Of a stretch of DNA of 64,000 nucleotides, positions 46,101-62,353 are shown piece after piece. Position 1 is the first letter of the stretch; each line of letters starts with the position of its first letter. The stretch comes from the human T2T-CHM13v2.0 reference genome, Homo sapiens. Location: NCBI RefSeq assembly GCF_009914755.1, contig NC_060939.1; one strand, given 5' to 3'. A program made the translations under genes and the position numbers. A model generated the notes under the pieces. The model ran no database searches. It saw only the letters and a program-made list of their open reading frames with translations, and was not told the origin of the DNA.

Positions 46101-47060
46101 GGGGCAACACTTTGTTTCCAGCTGTTCTTAAAAGCCACTTCTTTAGCATTTAACCCTTTGAAGGCCCACAGGGGGTGAAGAGGGGGTGGGTGGTTAGGAG
46201 GGTGAACGGGGCAGAGAGGGCTAGGAGGAGGGAGGGGGAGAATCCTTGTACATTTGCACCACTATGCCCCCTGGTTAGAGTGTGCTGTAGCATCCTGCTA
46301 CAAAAGCCAAACTTGCCAGGAGATACACGTGGTGGCTGGAAAAACGAGAATATCCTCAACTTGCTCTGTTGCAAACAGCAACAATTCAGGAAGCTCTGAT
46401 GACGTTATGTGCACCTGAGAGCAGCTGTTAGTAGCCAGAGTGATGCTGAACGACTGAGAGAGACAGAGGCTTTTTAGGGCTCAGGTGTATTCACCCCATG
46501 CCTCACCTTCCCAGAAACATGTTGTGAACTTCAGGATTTGTGGTGTGCTTAGACGTCACCAAAATCCCTACTGGATTCATAAAATTCTGTATCAGTTAAG
46601 ATGCTTTTGGCTAGAAGCTGTAGAAAATCCAAATCAAACTGGCTTAAAAGATAACAAGAGTTTTCATGTTGTTGAAAAGTCCAGAGGCAGGGTTGACACT
46701 TAGCAAAGCTTGATCCGGAAGCTCAGGATGACGATGAATAGTTTTCTTTCTTTCCCCTCCGCTTTCCGTCGTGTCAGCTACATCCAAGGCTGGCTCCCCA
46801 TGTCGTCACAAGACAGTTGCCAGTTGGGGGGGAATGTGTGCTTTCTCCTTCATGTCCAGCAGGAGACAGGGGTTTTTCTTTCTCTCAGCCATGGAGCGTA
46901 AGTGCTAGAATTCACTGCACCTGGACAAACTTAGGTCAAATGCCTGTTTCTGAACGAATTTTTTTTTTGTGTGTGATGATGATCTTTCTTACACATTTTT
47001 TAAATACCAGAAGTAATTAAATATGTTCATATAAGTAATTTAGAAAGTAAATCGTGTTTA

Positions 47061-47447
<387 letters not shown>

Positions 47448-47702
47448 CACTGAACCAATTTTTGTGTTGAGAGGGTGAGGCTACTGATAGGTGAATCATG
47501 ATTTAGACCAAACAGGGCCCACTCCTGGAGCTGGGGCTGGGATCAGTCCCATTCAAACTGTGAGGCTTCACCATTGGGAAGGCAGCTAACAGCACCTCCT
47601 ATAATTCCTGTGGCAACCTCCCGGAGAAGGAATCACCCCATCTTTCCTTGAACTGCTTAAGTGACAAATTTACGTGATAAATCATTCTTTTTCCCCAGAA
47701 TA

Positions 47703-48270
<568 letters not shown>

Positions 48271-48690
48271 TATGTGTATATTTGGAGCATGTGCGCCTGA
48301 TTCCTGAAAGATACATAAGGAAAAATGGATTCTACAGACGCAAATTTTTCTAATGAGACAGAATTGATTGATCAACAAATATGGCTGAGAAACATGAAGA
48401 GGATTATTGGGATATTGAATGACAAGCATGAACTGATGGGCTTCCCAGTAGCTTGTGAAAACTAGAAGCCTGGCTTTCAGGGTGACTGCTGTGTGTGTGT
48501 CTCCCATTGGGTTAGCCGGCCCTTCATGCCCTCTCCAGAGCCACTGTGAGGGAGTTGGAGGAGCAGGAGACAGGAGTAGGTGACACTGGGTTCCAGAAGC
48601 CTCCAAAGGAGCTGTTCTGCAGAAGGGACCTGGTTCAGGGCCTGCCCCAAGAACGTCCATCACTCCCTTGTTTTCTAGACTTTCTTCCAC

Positions 48691-49230
48691 TGTCAGAGGC
48701 CTTTGAACCAGAGCAATGCCATCTTGAATAGGAGCTGGGTAAAATAAGGCTGAGACCTACCGGGTTGCATTCCCAGATGGGTAAGGCATTCTAAGTTACA
48801 GGATGAGATAGAAGGTCAGCACAAAATACAGGTCATAAAGACCTTGCTGATGAAACAGCTTGCAGTAAAGAAGCCAGCCAAAACCTGCCAAAACCAAGAT
48901 GGCAACGGGAGTGACCTCTGGTCATCCTCACCGCTACACTCCTATCAGCGCAAGGACAGTTTACAAATGCCAGGGCAAGTCAGGAAGTTACCCTATATGG
49001 TCTAAAAAGGGGAGGCATGAATATGAATAATCCACCCTTGTTTAGCATATAATCAAGAAATAACCGTAAAAAACGGGCTGCTCCGTCTGCCAAGTAGCCA
49101 TTCTTTTACTTCTTTACTTTCCTAATAAACTTGTTTCACTTCATTGTATGGACTTGCCCTAAATTCTTTCTTGCACAAGATTCAAGAACCCTCTCTGGGG
49201 GTCTGGATCAGGACCCCTTTTCCTGTAACA
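48691..49230 (+). mobile_element. ERV1 solo LTR MER41A
   Basis: tgtcagaggcctttgaaccagag...tgtaaca; colinear with the MER41B copy but lacks the 43-bp GAS segment; TSD ccac/ctac. Confidence 0.9.
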
Positions 49231-50073
49231 CTACCACCCGATTAGGCATGTCCTGGGTGCTACATGAGGTGCGTTTGTCACAATAGCTGTTCAATTCTCT
49301 TCTGGACTAAAAAGGACATTTGAAGTTGGGCCGGAGCAGAAGTGCTCAGGCTTGACCAGGTGTGGACTGCATATGGCAGGCACAGGGACAGCTGAAAGGC
49401 AGTGTCCAGGGGAAGCCAGAATGGGGAGCCCAGGAGACAGCTGGGAGTGGGGATCAGCTGAAGGGCTGGATATGGAGGTGGCAGTTGGGTGGATGAACCT
49501 GGAGATACAGTAGTAAGTGGACTTGAGGAAAGTTCTAGAACAACTCCCAGAGCTGCAGGGGCACTGTGCAGGGTGTCTGCAGCCTGAACATGGAGTCCTT
49601 CTGAATGGAAGCTGCCCTTTGCTGCTCTGGGAGCCTTTGATTATGCCCAGAAGAACAGGAGGCTTTGGAAGCCTGCAGAGTAGGAAACTGGCTTCCCTAC
49701 CCACCCTCTTGCCAGTAGGCTGCATGATCCTGGGAAGACGCTTCCCCTTTCCAATCCCAATTTTGTTCATTTGTTGGGATCCATTAACTGAGTGAGAGAG
49801 TCGGTGGTTGATTTCTGAGGTCTGCTTGAAAATTCTGCAAGCTGGAGGCTTCTCCTAAGGAGTTAATTGTTAATTCAAGTGTAAACTGAGGATGGCGTTA
49901 AGTGTGACCTCCTCCTGGGTTATTTGCATTTTATAATGCACTCCTAGGAGACCAAAATTCCTAGAAGATCCTAAAAGAATAGTGGTTTGGGTGTGTGGGG
50001 GTGGGGGGGAGAAAGAGAGGAGTGAAAGGGAGAGAGAGAGAGCACGAGTTCTTTGTTTAACACACTTTAAATC

Positions 50074-50111
50074 GACAGAGCAAGACTCTGTTTCAAAAAA
50101 AAAACCCAAAA
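50074..50111 (+). mobile_element. Extremely truncated Alu (last 21 nt plus A-tail)
   Basis: gacagagcaagactctgtttc-A-rich tail; TSD aacacactttaaatc/aacccactttaaatc. Confidence 0.85.
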
Positions 50112-50904
50112 AACCCACTTTAAATCTGAAATCTATCCCTACTATATGGAAAGGTGAAGATTTTCTGAATCATCTGGGATGCTCAGACCCTAGTAATACT
50201 CATGGTGGGATGTGCAGGAACTATTTTGAGTATTTTATTTAGCTACAGTAGTTCTGTATGAACTAATTGAAATGCCAGACGTCGAGTCAGTGTGATTTTT
50301 CACTTGATATTTGTTTGGAATTCTGGGGGTGGAAAGCAATAGATGGTGCAATAGATTAGGTAACACTAGGCTCTTTAGTAATAAGAGGTCACCTCTCTGG
50401 CTAGATTTGGCTTTGGTTCTCTCATTTCCCATCTATTATCCTTGCAACAGGGTCCAACCAGTGCTCTCCAGAACATACGCTCCTTGGGGCTGAGACTTGT
50501 CTGGAGCTGTCATCTAGAGCCTGGAAGATAAGAGGTGCTCAATAATTGTGGCTGAAGTTTGCCATTATCAGCTCTGTCTTGTAGATAAGACAACTGGGAC
50601 TCTGAGAAGTTCACCTGGCTGGACAGTGGCCAGTTCAGGTGGCTCCTGGGAGTGTTGGTCAGAAAGCTCAGGTTTCTCTCTGGCCTCCCAGGCAGGTGGT
50701 CTCGTAGTCTCAGGACAGGCTGAGTTTGCCCTTGGCTGCAGAGTTAGGGGCCTGAATAGGGGCGTTACTTTTCCTTCAGCTCTCAGGCTGCAGCCTGGCT
50801 GCCTGGCTGTCCAGTATTCTGGTCAGAGTCTGCTGGAATTGGTAGCCTTTTAGGAGAAAGTTTGTGAGACTGAAAGCAAACTACCTGCCTCTCATCCCAG
50901 CACC

Positions 50905-52047
50905 TCCCACCCTGCTTTCTCAGAAGTGAATAAATTGAGCTTGGCACTTCAAAGAAAACCACCGACAGTATGTGTTGGCAATGATAACATTCAAGCTTTA
51001 AAGCAAAAATTAGGATTTTGGGAAACATATTCATTATCATGAGCTTGACAGGTTCCCAGCACTTAAAGACATTTCTGATGAGATTGGTAGTGATACCAAC
51101 AAATGTGATTTTTTTGATATTGTATAATGAAATATGTTAACATTTGGGTGACTTGTGTAACTGTGAACTAATATTTCCCAAATGACTAATGAATGATTCT
51201 ACAAAATCATGCATGGGTAAAAGATCTATTCAAACTGGATGGTGGATTTTTAGGGAACAGTGAAAAGCTCTTCAATATAATTTTGGATTCCACATTGCAA
51301 ATAACCTTTAAAAATTACCACTTACTGAGTTTTGGTGTAGTAGCAAAGAATATATCAAATTATCTGCAATTATTAAATAACTCTTCCATCTCCCAACTAA
51401 GTATCTTCATTTACTTCAACCAAAATAATATATTTCAACAGAACACAGAAGCAGATGCAAGAATTCAACTGTCTTAAGCCAAACATTCAAAAGAGTTGAA
51501 AAACTGAAAAATATTGCTTCTTTCTCATTAAGTTTTTGGAAATTATAATTTTTTTATAAAAAATGTTATTTGTGTTAACATGTAACGAGTTTAAAATTGT
51601 TACCTTTAGGCTGGGCGCGGTGGCTCACGCCTGTAATCCCAGCACTTTGGGAGGCCGAGGCAGGTGAATCATGAGGTCAGGAGATCAAGAGCATCCTGGC
51701 TAACACAGTGAAACCCCATCTCTACTAAAAATACAAAAAAATTAGGTGGGTGTGGTGGCGGGCACCTGTAGTCCCAGCTACTCAGGAGGCTGAGGCAGGA
51801 GAATGGTGTGAACCCAGGAGGCAGAGCTTGCAGTGAGCCGAGATGGCGCCACTGCCCTCTAGCCTGGGCGACAGAGTGAGACTCCGTCTCAAAACAAAAC
51901 AAAACAAACAAAAACTTTCTCAGTTTTGTTTTCTAACATGGAAAATATTGGATATAATAAATGTAAGCAAAAGCTCTTTAGGATTCTAAGTTATTTTTAA
52001 GAGTATAAACAGTGCCCCACCCCCTGCCAAAAACTTTTGAATTGCTG
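50905..52047 (+). mobile_element. Charlie1-like hAT transposon relic split by AluY (51609-51914)
   Basis: Decayed transposase C-terminal region (QNHAWVKDLF...DSTLQITFK) and recalled Charlie1 sequence motifs. Confidence 0.75.
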
Positions 52048-52049
52048 AT

Positions 52050-53020
52050 CTAAAATATACAAAGAACTCGTACAAAGCAACAAGAATAAGACAGCATCCC
52101 AACAGAAAAAAAAATGAGCAAAGGTTGCAAACAGGTAATTTACGAAAAGAATAAACAGGCATACAAAGAAAGAGTTGTTCAGATTATTAATCAGAGTGCA
52201 GATAAAAATGTGACACGTTACCTTATACCTACTAGGCTGGCAAAACGTAGAAAGCCAAATAATGACAAGTATGGTTGGGGTTTGAGGACAGAAAAACCCT
52301 CATGTACAGTTGGTAGGAGTGAGAAAAGTATAGTAGTGATTCTGAAAGCATTCTAATAGTAGTTATTTCAGTTAAATATGCATAGGCTTTTTTTTGTTTT
52401 TGTTTTTGTTTTTTTTGAGATGGAGTTTTGCTCTTGTTGCCCAGGCTGGAGTGCAATGGCACAATCTTGGCTCGCTGCAACCTCCGCCTCCTGGGTTCAA
52501 GAGATTCTCCTGCCTCAGCCTCCTGAGCAGGCATGCGCCACCACGCCCGGCTAATTTTGTATTTTTAGTAGAGACGGGGTTTCTCCACGTTGGTCAGGCT
52601 GGTCTCAAACTCCTGACCTCAGGTGATCTGCCCACCTCGGCCTCCCAAAGTGCTGGGATTACAGGTGTGAGCCACTGCACCCGGCCTTGCATAGTTCTTA
52701 CGACTTAGCAATTCCATGTTTGGGTATATGAACAAAATAAATTGTCATGCACAAGTCATTTGGTGTGTGTACAGATGTTTATTCTCCCTGCTTGCAGGGA
52801 CAGGGATCTGAAGCCTCCTGGGAGCCCATCACTAGTGAGTGGATTGGGAACACGTAAATGAATGCTACCAGAGGTACCCACACCATGGATATATCCCAAA
52901 GAAAGTGCTACAAGAAATGAAAGAAACAAGCAGAAGCAATCTACAGCATGATATTGTTTATGTAAATTAAAATTACAGTCATACAAAGCAATTCATGTTT
53001 TGCAAGAATACAAATTATAG
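52050..53020 (+). mobile_element. Old L1ME-type 3' fragment split by antisense AluSp/Sq (52388-52686)
   Basis: A-rich L1 3' motifs (tagcaattccatgtttgggtatat); Alu with gtttctccacgttggtcagg and a ~13-bp internal deletion. Confidence 0.7.
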
Positions 53021-53029
53021 AATTTACAT

Positions 53030-53470
53030 TGCATTGGTTTCCTAGGGCTGTTAGGAACTACCACTAATTGGGTGGCTTAAAACAAAATAAATTATTCTCT
53101 CATAGTTCTGGAGGCCTGAAGTCCAAAACTGAGGTGTCGACATGGTTGGTTCCTTCTGGGCCTCCGAGGAAGAATCTGTTCAATGCCTGTCTCGTAGCTT
53201 CTGATGGTGCTGGCAATTCTTGGTCTTCCTTGGCTTGTAGATGCATCACTCCCGTCTCTGCTTCTGTCTTCCTTCTCTGTGTGCCCATGCCTCTCTTTGC
53301 ATTTACATTTCTGTCTTCTTATAGGGACACCAGTCACATTGGATTTAAGGCCTGCCCTACTCTAGCGTGACTTGACTTCAACTTGATTATATCTGCAAAG
53401 ACTCTATTTCTCTGTTTCACAGGCTCTGGGTAGACATGAATTTTGGGGGAACACAATTCAGCTGGATACA
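53030..53470 (-). mobile_element. MaLR solo LTR, MLT1C-like
   Basis: tgcattggtttcctagggctg...catagttctggaggcc...atctgcaaagactctatttc. Confidence 0.85.
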
Positions 53471-53653
53471 TAGAGCAAACATACGAGAATGGCTGGCCAC
53501 ATGGGGGAGGGAATGGGAATGTGAGATGGGATACACAGGCATAAACAAACAATGGCCAAGCAAGAGGTGGGCCTGGACAGAGCCGGCAGTGGTGTGTACA
53601 CACTAAGAGCCACACAAGGAAACTTCTCCGTATCCATTTTGGCTCTAGATTCA

Positions 53654-53974
<321 letters not shown>

Positions 53975-54149
53975 TTACACTACCCAAGAATTCCAAAAGA
54001 TCCCAAGCAAAAACTGAGTTAAAAGGAGTAATGATTTGGCAATGCCTTCTGCCATTTTGCCAAAGTAATTACAAATCCTCTTTGAAGAAAAAATAACCTC
54101 TTAACTCAGGCTTCAAAGAACTTCTACAGCCCAAGTTCCTCAAAAGTCA

Positions 54150-55650
<1,501 letters not shown>

Positions 55651-57399
55651 TATATCGAGAGTCCTCTTGGGCAGGACCTTCCACCAGGTCTTCCCTGAAA
55701 AAGCCGCTTACCTTTCCCTGACCACCTGCGGCAGCAACTTGCTTTCAATGCTCTGCCAGCAGGCAGGGAGCATCATCTACAGCTGCTCGCCCTTGGCTGT
55801 TCCCAGGTGGGAGTAAGATGCCAATCCAATCCCATGGATGCTGCGACCCTCAAATGCTGTGTTAATACTTTTGATGTTGCTTCACCGGCTCGAGGTGAAG
55901 GGACAGACACCGCAGTCCCCCCTCCTATGGAGATGGGTGGGAACCTCTACAGCCAGCTCCGTGCCTCCAGGGAAGTTGATGGTGACCAGTCCATGTGGGC
56001 AGAAGCTGCTTGGTGGCCCCTGGAAGGAGAACCTACCATGTGATTTAATGGGGGCACATGGCACCTACTGTTGTCCCCAGCCTCTGGGACTGCTGCCAGA
56101 AAAAACTGAAATGCTGAGACAAAGGCTCACGTTTAATATCCTGCTGCGGTGATTTCTAAAATAGGGTTGTGACAAATGGGACCCGATCAGTTCTCACGGA
56201 CTCTGTGCCCATCTGTTTTGGTTTCCTTTGTGTGTTTGCTCAGTCAGAACAAGTATTTATCAGCTGAGGTGATGAAAGGCATTGAAGCATGGAATTATCG
56301 GTGTGTGCTGGGCTCCTCTTCACATGAGGGTGATTTGTCCCTACGTCAAAAGAAGAGGTGTTGGGGCAGAGGGCTTAAAATCTGATGGACATTGATTGGA
56401 ACTTTGGCTCTAAGTAACTCTGTGGTGGAACCCGTGTTGCTTTCCTTCTCGGAGCCTCAGTTTCATTGTAAAAGGAGGAGGAGGGTGCCTCCAGGCTGGG
56501 ATGTGTCCACAGCAGAGGGCCCAGGTTGTTGCTCAATACACGATCGTCCCTTCCCTCCTCAAAGCCTTGAATAGAGCAAGCAGGTGTCTGTGTAACCACA
56601 TTTTTCTTCTATACCTTAGAGACTCCAAATAAATAGCATCAGATAATAATCATGTTAACAGGAGGCCTATTACCCCATTAAAGTTGTAAAGCGAGTTTCT
56701 CCCATCGTTTTAGACCATGTCCGCCCACACACACACATTCTGTGGCGTGAAATCCCGATGCCTCCACCTTCCCCTTCCCTGTTTGTGGGCTGTTTCTCTT
56801 GGCAGCAGCCTGGAATCCAGGCCTTCTATGGCTGAAGTGATTGCTACCCCTTTCTGTGTGTGAGAGCAAGAGAAGCGGGTGGAGGGAAGGGACAGGAGCT
56901 CGGGAAGAGGTGATTAACACATATCCCCCTGGCGGGTCATGCTGCTTTCATGGGCATCCTAATCCCGTTTCCTCTCCTAAGCAGAAGGCACTGGGATTGA
57001 TTTAACAGATTTTTTGTTGTTACTGTTATTTAGGGCTCTCTTTTGGTGGGTATGATACCATAATATCTTGGGGGTATTTAAGCCTTAAGCAGCACCTACC
57101 TGATCACCCTTGCTTGACCCCCTTCCCAGTCTCAGACATTTCTCATAATCAGTCACCTTGGTTGGAACTCAGGCTGGTGTCTCCGGATTCAGACCTTTGA
57201 TCTCGCTGTGTAAGGGATGGAGGGCTTGGTGGTGGTGAGGCAGGGAGTGGCAATTGGAGTCGAAGGTGTCCCTGAGATTCTGATCCCATTTTTCCTTTCC
57301 TCTTCCACTTAGGAACATCTGTCCAGTCCCTGGGATGGTGAGGCTATAACCACAAAGGTATAAGAGAAGACGACTAGTTTTGTAATGGGTAAATGATAT

Positions 57400-57750
57400 T
57401 TATTTTTATTTTTTAAATTAATTTTTTTACTTCAGTACGTTTTTGGGGAACAGGTGGTATTTGGTTACATGAATAAGTTATTTAGCAGTGATGTCTGAGA
57501 TTTTGATGTACCCGCCCATCACCCAAGCAGTGTACACAGTACCCAATGTGTAGTCTTTTATCCCTCACCACCCCCCGACCCTTCATTTGAGTCCCCAGAG
57601 TCTAATGTGTCATTCTTACTCCTTTGGGTCCTCATAGATTAGCTCTGACATATAAGTGAGAACACACGATGTTTGGTTTTCCATTCCTGGTTCTATCACT
57701 TAGAATAATGGTCTCCAATTCCATCCAGGTTGCTGTGAATGCCATTATTT
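57400..57750 (-). mobile_element. L1PB-like 3' end
   Basis: Homologous to 19470-19722; extends to ctccaattccatccaggttgctg. Confidence 0.88.
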
Positions 57751-57994
57751 GAAATTTGTCTGGTAGGCTGGGAGGTAAAGTAGTGTGGCAAGGCAGAGAG
57801 TGAGGAACAGGCTCGCAGCATGCTCCTGACCCAGCATGTTCCCAAAGGTGGCAGTTGTCAGTTACATTCCCACGTTGGCCAGGGTTCAAGGGCCCAGAGC
57901 AGGGTACTTTTAAGAGAGGCTGGTATTAATATTTGACCAGAAGTTGTCTGTGGTATAAACAGTGCCTTCATCCCAACTTCATTCTTCAATTACC

Positions 57995-58154
57995 TTTTTA
58001 AAAATTGTATTATTTATTTAGAGACGGGCTTATAAGACTGGCTCATTTTTGTATTTTTGGTAGAGCTGGGGTTTTTCCATGTTGCCCAGGCTGGTCTAGA
58101 ACTCCTGGCCTCCCAGAGCGCTGGGATTACAGGAGTGAATAACTGCACTCTGCC
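57995..58154 (-). mobile_element. Internally deleted AluJ-like element
   Basis: Tail, gagacggg, then linker and partial left arm; TSD aattaccttt on both sides. Confidence 0.8.
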
Positions 58155-58276
58155 TTTAATTACCTTTCTTCCACGCACAGAGGCTTTGGATGAGGTTGTA
58201 TGCATGTGTGTAAACTAGAGAAAGATTTCAAGCAAATACATAATATAGGAATGTTGTAACCCAACAGGCGCTTTCC

Positions 58277-58620
58277 ATTCATTCATTCATTCATTCATAA
58301 AGCCTCATCAAACATTTATTATGCGTTCCAGGATACAGTGGCAAAAATAATGAACACATCTGTTACCTGGGGCTTACTTGTCATTATTGGACATTAATCA
58401 AATAATTGCACAGATAAACATATAATTTCATAGTGTGCTCAGTGCCGTGAAGGAGAGCACAGTGACATGAAAGAGGATATTATAGGGGATGAGGGGCTTT
58501 CCTGAGAAAGTGACATCTGAGCCAGGAATTGAAAGATGAGTAGAGGATAAGGAGGCAGAGGCAGGATGGGGTTGGGGGCTGAGACTGGGGTAGGAAAAAG
58601 CCAGTCCAGATGATAGAATG
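58277..58620 (-). mobile_element. LINE-2 3' end
   Basis: (CATT)n tail, aaacatttatt, gtgacatctgagccaggaattgaaagatgagtag. Confidence 0.8.
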
Positions 58621-59625
58621 GTAGAATGAAATGTTTTAGGGCATCCTAGTGGAGGTGAGTGGAGTTTTGGGGGGCACTGCCGCAAACCCCCTGTGTATCA
58701 TAGATGTCAAGAATATGAGGATAGGCAGGTTCCCCTAGATCCAGTACTTCCAGCAAATGACCGTCTAATTGGTAGCTAGGCTTATGGAAAGAACCCTCCT
58801 TTCCAATTGTTTTTATACTTCTTTGTTCTGCGGACAAAAGCATTTTTGATGTTATGTGAAAATGTGGGTTTTAAGTGTGGCGATTTCATGAAAGTATAGG
58901 TTGACTTGCTCTGCCTGGAATAATGATTGGAAGAATGGCAAGTGGGGTCAGGAAGGAGGTTGAGGAGTGAAGATGGAGGGATCAGGAATGGAAAGAAGAG
59001 AGGATACTCCCTAAGCAAGGCTGGGATTTTTGCGGGAGGCGGGGGCGTTAAGCAAAGCTAGGTATGAAATCTGAGGCATGAGCCACCATCGTGATTGCAG
59101 TGGAATGAGGTTGCTCCCGTGACCAGTCAGGAAGGATCACATAGCCCCAAGGCTGGGGATGAGGGGAACAGGGAGCCTCTCCAGTTTGGAAGTTAAACAT
59201 CACAATTCACTACTGTGACTAAGCTACGCATCAATTTGCTGGATATGGCTTCTGCCTCAGATTCTTCAAGCCCCACACAGGCTGCTGGTTTCTCCAGTCT
59301 TCCAAGCTGACCCTGAGTGTTACAATTCAGACAACTCAACATGGAAAGAACATACCTGAGGCTGAGGGGCTCGGCTACTCTCCCATAACGGCGAAAGGGA
59401 ATTCTGGGAAAGCACTGGGCTTGGGGTCAGAGGGCGTGCACTCACCGCCACTACTAATTTATTGACCTCACAAAAACATTTACTGATTATAATGATAACC
59501 ATAATGTTTATAGTTTACATAGGATTAAATTATGAGCTTTTACATGCCAGGAATTGCATGAAGTGTGTTACCTCCAACAGGGTTCAAATATTCCCATTTC
59601 ACTCATGGGAAAGAACATTACTAAG

Positions 59626-60082
59626 TGCAATGTGTTGAATAGTGTCCCCAGAAAGATCTGTCCAAGTCTTAAACCCTAGTTCCTGTGAGTGTGGCTTTAT
59701 TTGGAAATAGGGTCTTTATACGTATAATTAAGTTGAGAATCTCCAGATGAAGTCCTCCTGGATTTAGGGTGGGCTTTTCTTTACAGGGAAGGAGAGGGAG
59801 GTCTGACACAAAGACACGCAGAGAAGGCAGCCATGTGAAGACAAGGCAAAGATTGGAGTTCCTTAGCAAGAAACCAAGGAACACCCACGGTTGGCAGAAG
59901 CCACCAAAACCCAGGAGAGAGGCGTGGGAGAGACTCTCCTGTAGAGCCTCCAGTGGGAACCAACCCTGCCGCACCTTGACTTCAGACTTCTGGTCTCCAG
60001 AATTGTGACGGAATAAATTTCTGTTGTTTTGAGCCACATAGATTGTGGTAATATGTTACAGTAGTCCTAGGAAGCTCATACA
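59626..60082 (+). mobile_element. MaLR solo LTR, MLT1C-like, inside a MIR
   Basis: gtgttgaatagtgtcccc...tatttggaaatagggtcttt...aataaatttctgttgttt...ctcataca. Confidence 0.87.
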
Positions 60083-60479
60083 CTTTCTCAAGGACATCTA
60101 GACAGTAAAAAGTAAGCCAGGATTTAAACCCAGATTTGCAAACTTCAGGTCCCTATCAAATATGCCATAGGAAGTCTTTGGCTCATTTCCTTAACAGAAA
60201 AATGGGAGGGTTAAATTCTATGACCTGAGGTCCCTTTGAATGCTGTGTCTGTGGATTCAAGGGCCAATCCAAAAGTGAGATCTGAAGGTGAGATTCAGTC
60301 TTGTACCTGAGGAGGCAGGTTTGACCACCACTGGGCTCCAAGGACCTCATGTCTGAGAATTCCCTGGTGATACTGACTCAATGTCTCCATTCATGTGTTG
60401 CAGGAGACCAAGATGAGATAGAAATAAAAAGAGAGATAAGAATAAAATCTAATAAAATCTAATGCCTGGGTCCAAAAAA

Positions 60480-61040
60480 CCATTTACCCAAATGCCAAAT
60501 TGGAAGGACCCAACAATGTGATAGAGAACACATTCAAATGAGCACACTGCGGGATGGGACTGCCTCGGGCCAGGCAGTGTTTGCAGATACAGGTGCTCAA
60601 AGCAGGGGTGGGAGAGTTCTCTGTTATATTCTGCTCATGCCACACCCAGTGCCTTGGCGGGTGGGACGCAGGGTAGCAAATTCCTTAAAGAGGGCCAAGG
60701 ATGGCCAAAGCCCTTTGAGATGGGAGAAAACACCTATGAGTGAAAGACATGGCTGATGTATCAAAGAAAGGTCACATACATTGGGATCCCATTTCACCAA
60801 CAAACCAATTCTACAGAGGGAGGGGCCACAGGAAGATGGTCTAAGGAAGGGATTTGTAATGATCAGAGCTGTCTAGAAGTGAAGGACCTATCGTTGGTCA
60901 GTAAAGCATTCCTTATTATTGGACATGAACCAAAACCATCTTGGGGACCATTTGGTAGAGCTGTGGTAGTAGGTTTTGGAACATCAGATGAGATGCTGGA
61001 TGGGATAGTTTTATATTTCCTATCAACTCGGAGATGGCAG
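60480..61040 (+). mobile_element. Ancient L3/CR1 3' fragment
   Basis: aaggaagggatttgtaatgatcagagctgtc and ...tcaactcggagat resemble the recalled L3 3' end; highly diverged. Confidence 0.45.
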
Positions 61041-61398
61041 GGATTCTAGCTCTGGTATTTCAATGCCTTCTCCCCTTTCTGGACTGCCTGCCCCTCTGTA
61101 GTTTTTGTGGGATGGTTTTGGCCAGATCCTTTTGAAGGACCTGAGGTTCATTCAGAAGAGTCACTGAGGGTAATCTGTGTTGGGATGTGATGCTCCAGAG
61201 ATTGGGGCAAAATATGTGCCTGAAAGAGCCGGAATTAGTGTCATCTAAGGGCTAAGCTCAAGTCCTGGGAGCAAGGTGTGGCCCTTCATAGGAGAAGGGG
61301 ACAAAAGGTCGGAAGCCATAAAGGAGGAGCCAGGAAGAAAATGGAATATAAAGTGGGTAAAAATGAATGACTTGGGAAAGTGGAGAAAGGGAGGGGGT

Positions 61399-61399
<1 letters not shown>

Positions 61400-61439
<40 letters not shown>

Positions 61440-61461
61440 AAGAGAGAGAGAGAGAGAGAGA
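61400..61461. repeat. Compound (CA)n(GA)n microsatellite
   Basis: Directly visible. Confidence 0.97.
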
Positions 61462-61900
61462 TGGGCTCTGAACAGAGCCTCTCCCCAGCAGTGGGGGCAG
61501 CCCATAGCTACTCTGTTCTGGGGCAGTGGTCTCTGGACAGCAGAATGCACGTGGATGTTGGAGTTGCCAGATCTAACCCATCGGGAGTGTGGGCCAGTTT
61601 GGAAGGTTTCCTGTCTTGCTTAGGGAGGTCACTCGAGGAAAGTCCAGAGTATTTCTAGATAATCTAGTGGTGAATTTGAGAGGATAACAGAAGGACCAGG
61701 GAGTTCAGTTAGAAAGACAAGACTGTGGGCCGGTCCCATTTTCCATAAGAGCAAATCTTCCCAGGGAGCTTAAGGACCTCCCCCTGCCGGGTGCTGGGCT
61801 GAGCGTCTCCTGCACTTTGACACGTTAGTGGTAGCAACAACTTTGTGTGATGGCAGCTGTTTATTGTTTTAATTTTACAATTGATGAAAATGATCGTTAA

Positions 61901-62353
<453 letters not shown>

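Noticed and set aside
49244-49253. Perfect p53 half-site AGGCATGTCC
   Set aside because: No adjacent second half-site; single half-sites are expected by chance
51193-51477. Transposase-like ORF as a domesticated hAT gene
   Set aside because: Short frameshifted remnant in a decayed Charlie1-like element split by an Alu
60403-60460. Acceptor-like site followed by three AATAAA as a terminal exon
   Set aside because: Two signals come from a 10-bp microduplication in A-rich DNA; weak polypyrimidine tract and no clear GU-rich downstream element
60756-61049. GIPFHQQTN resembling a retroviral integrase loop
   Set aside because: No DDE context; the nucleotide sequence fits a decayed L3/CR1 3' end better
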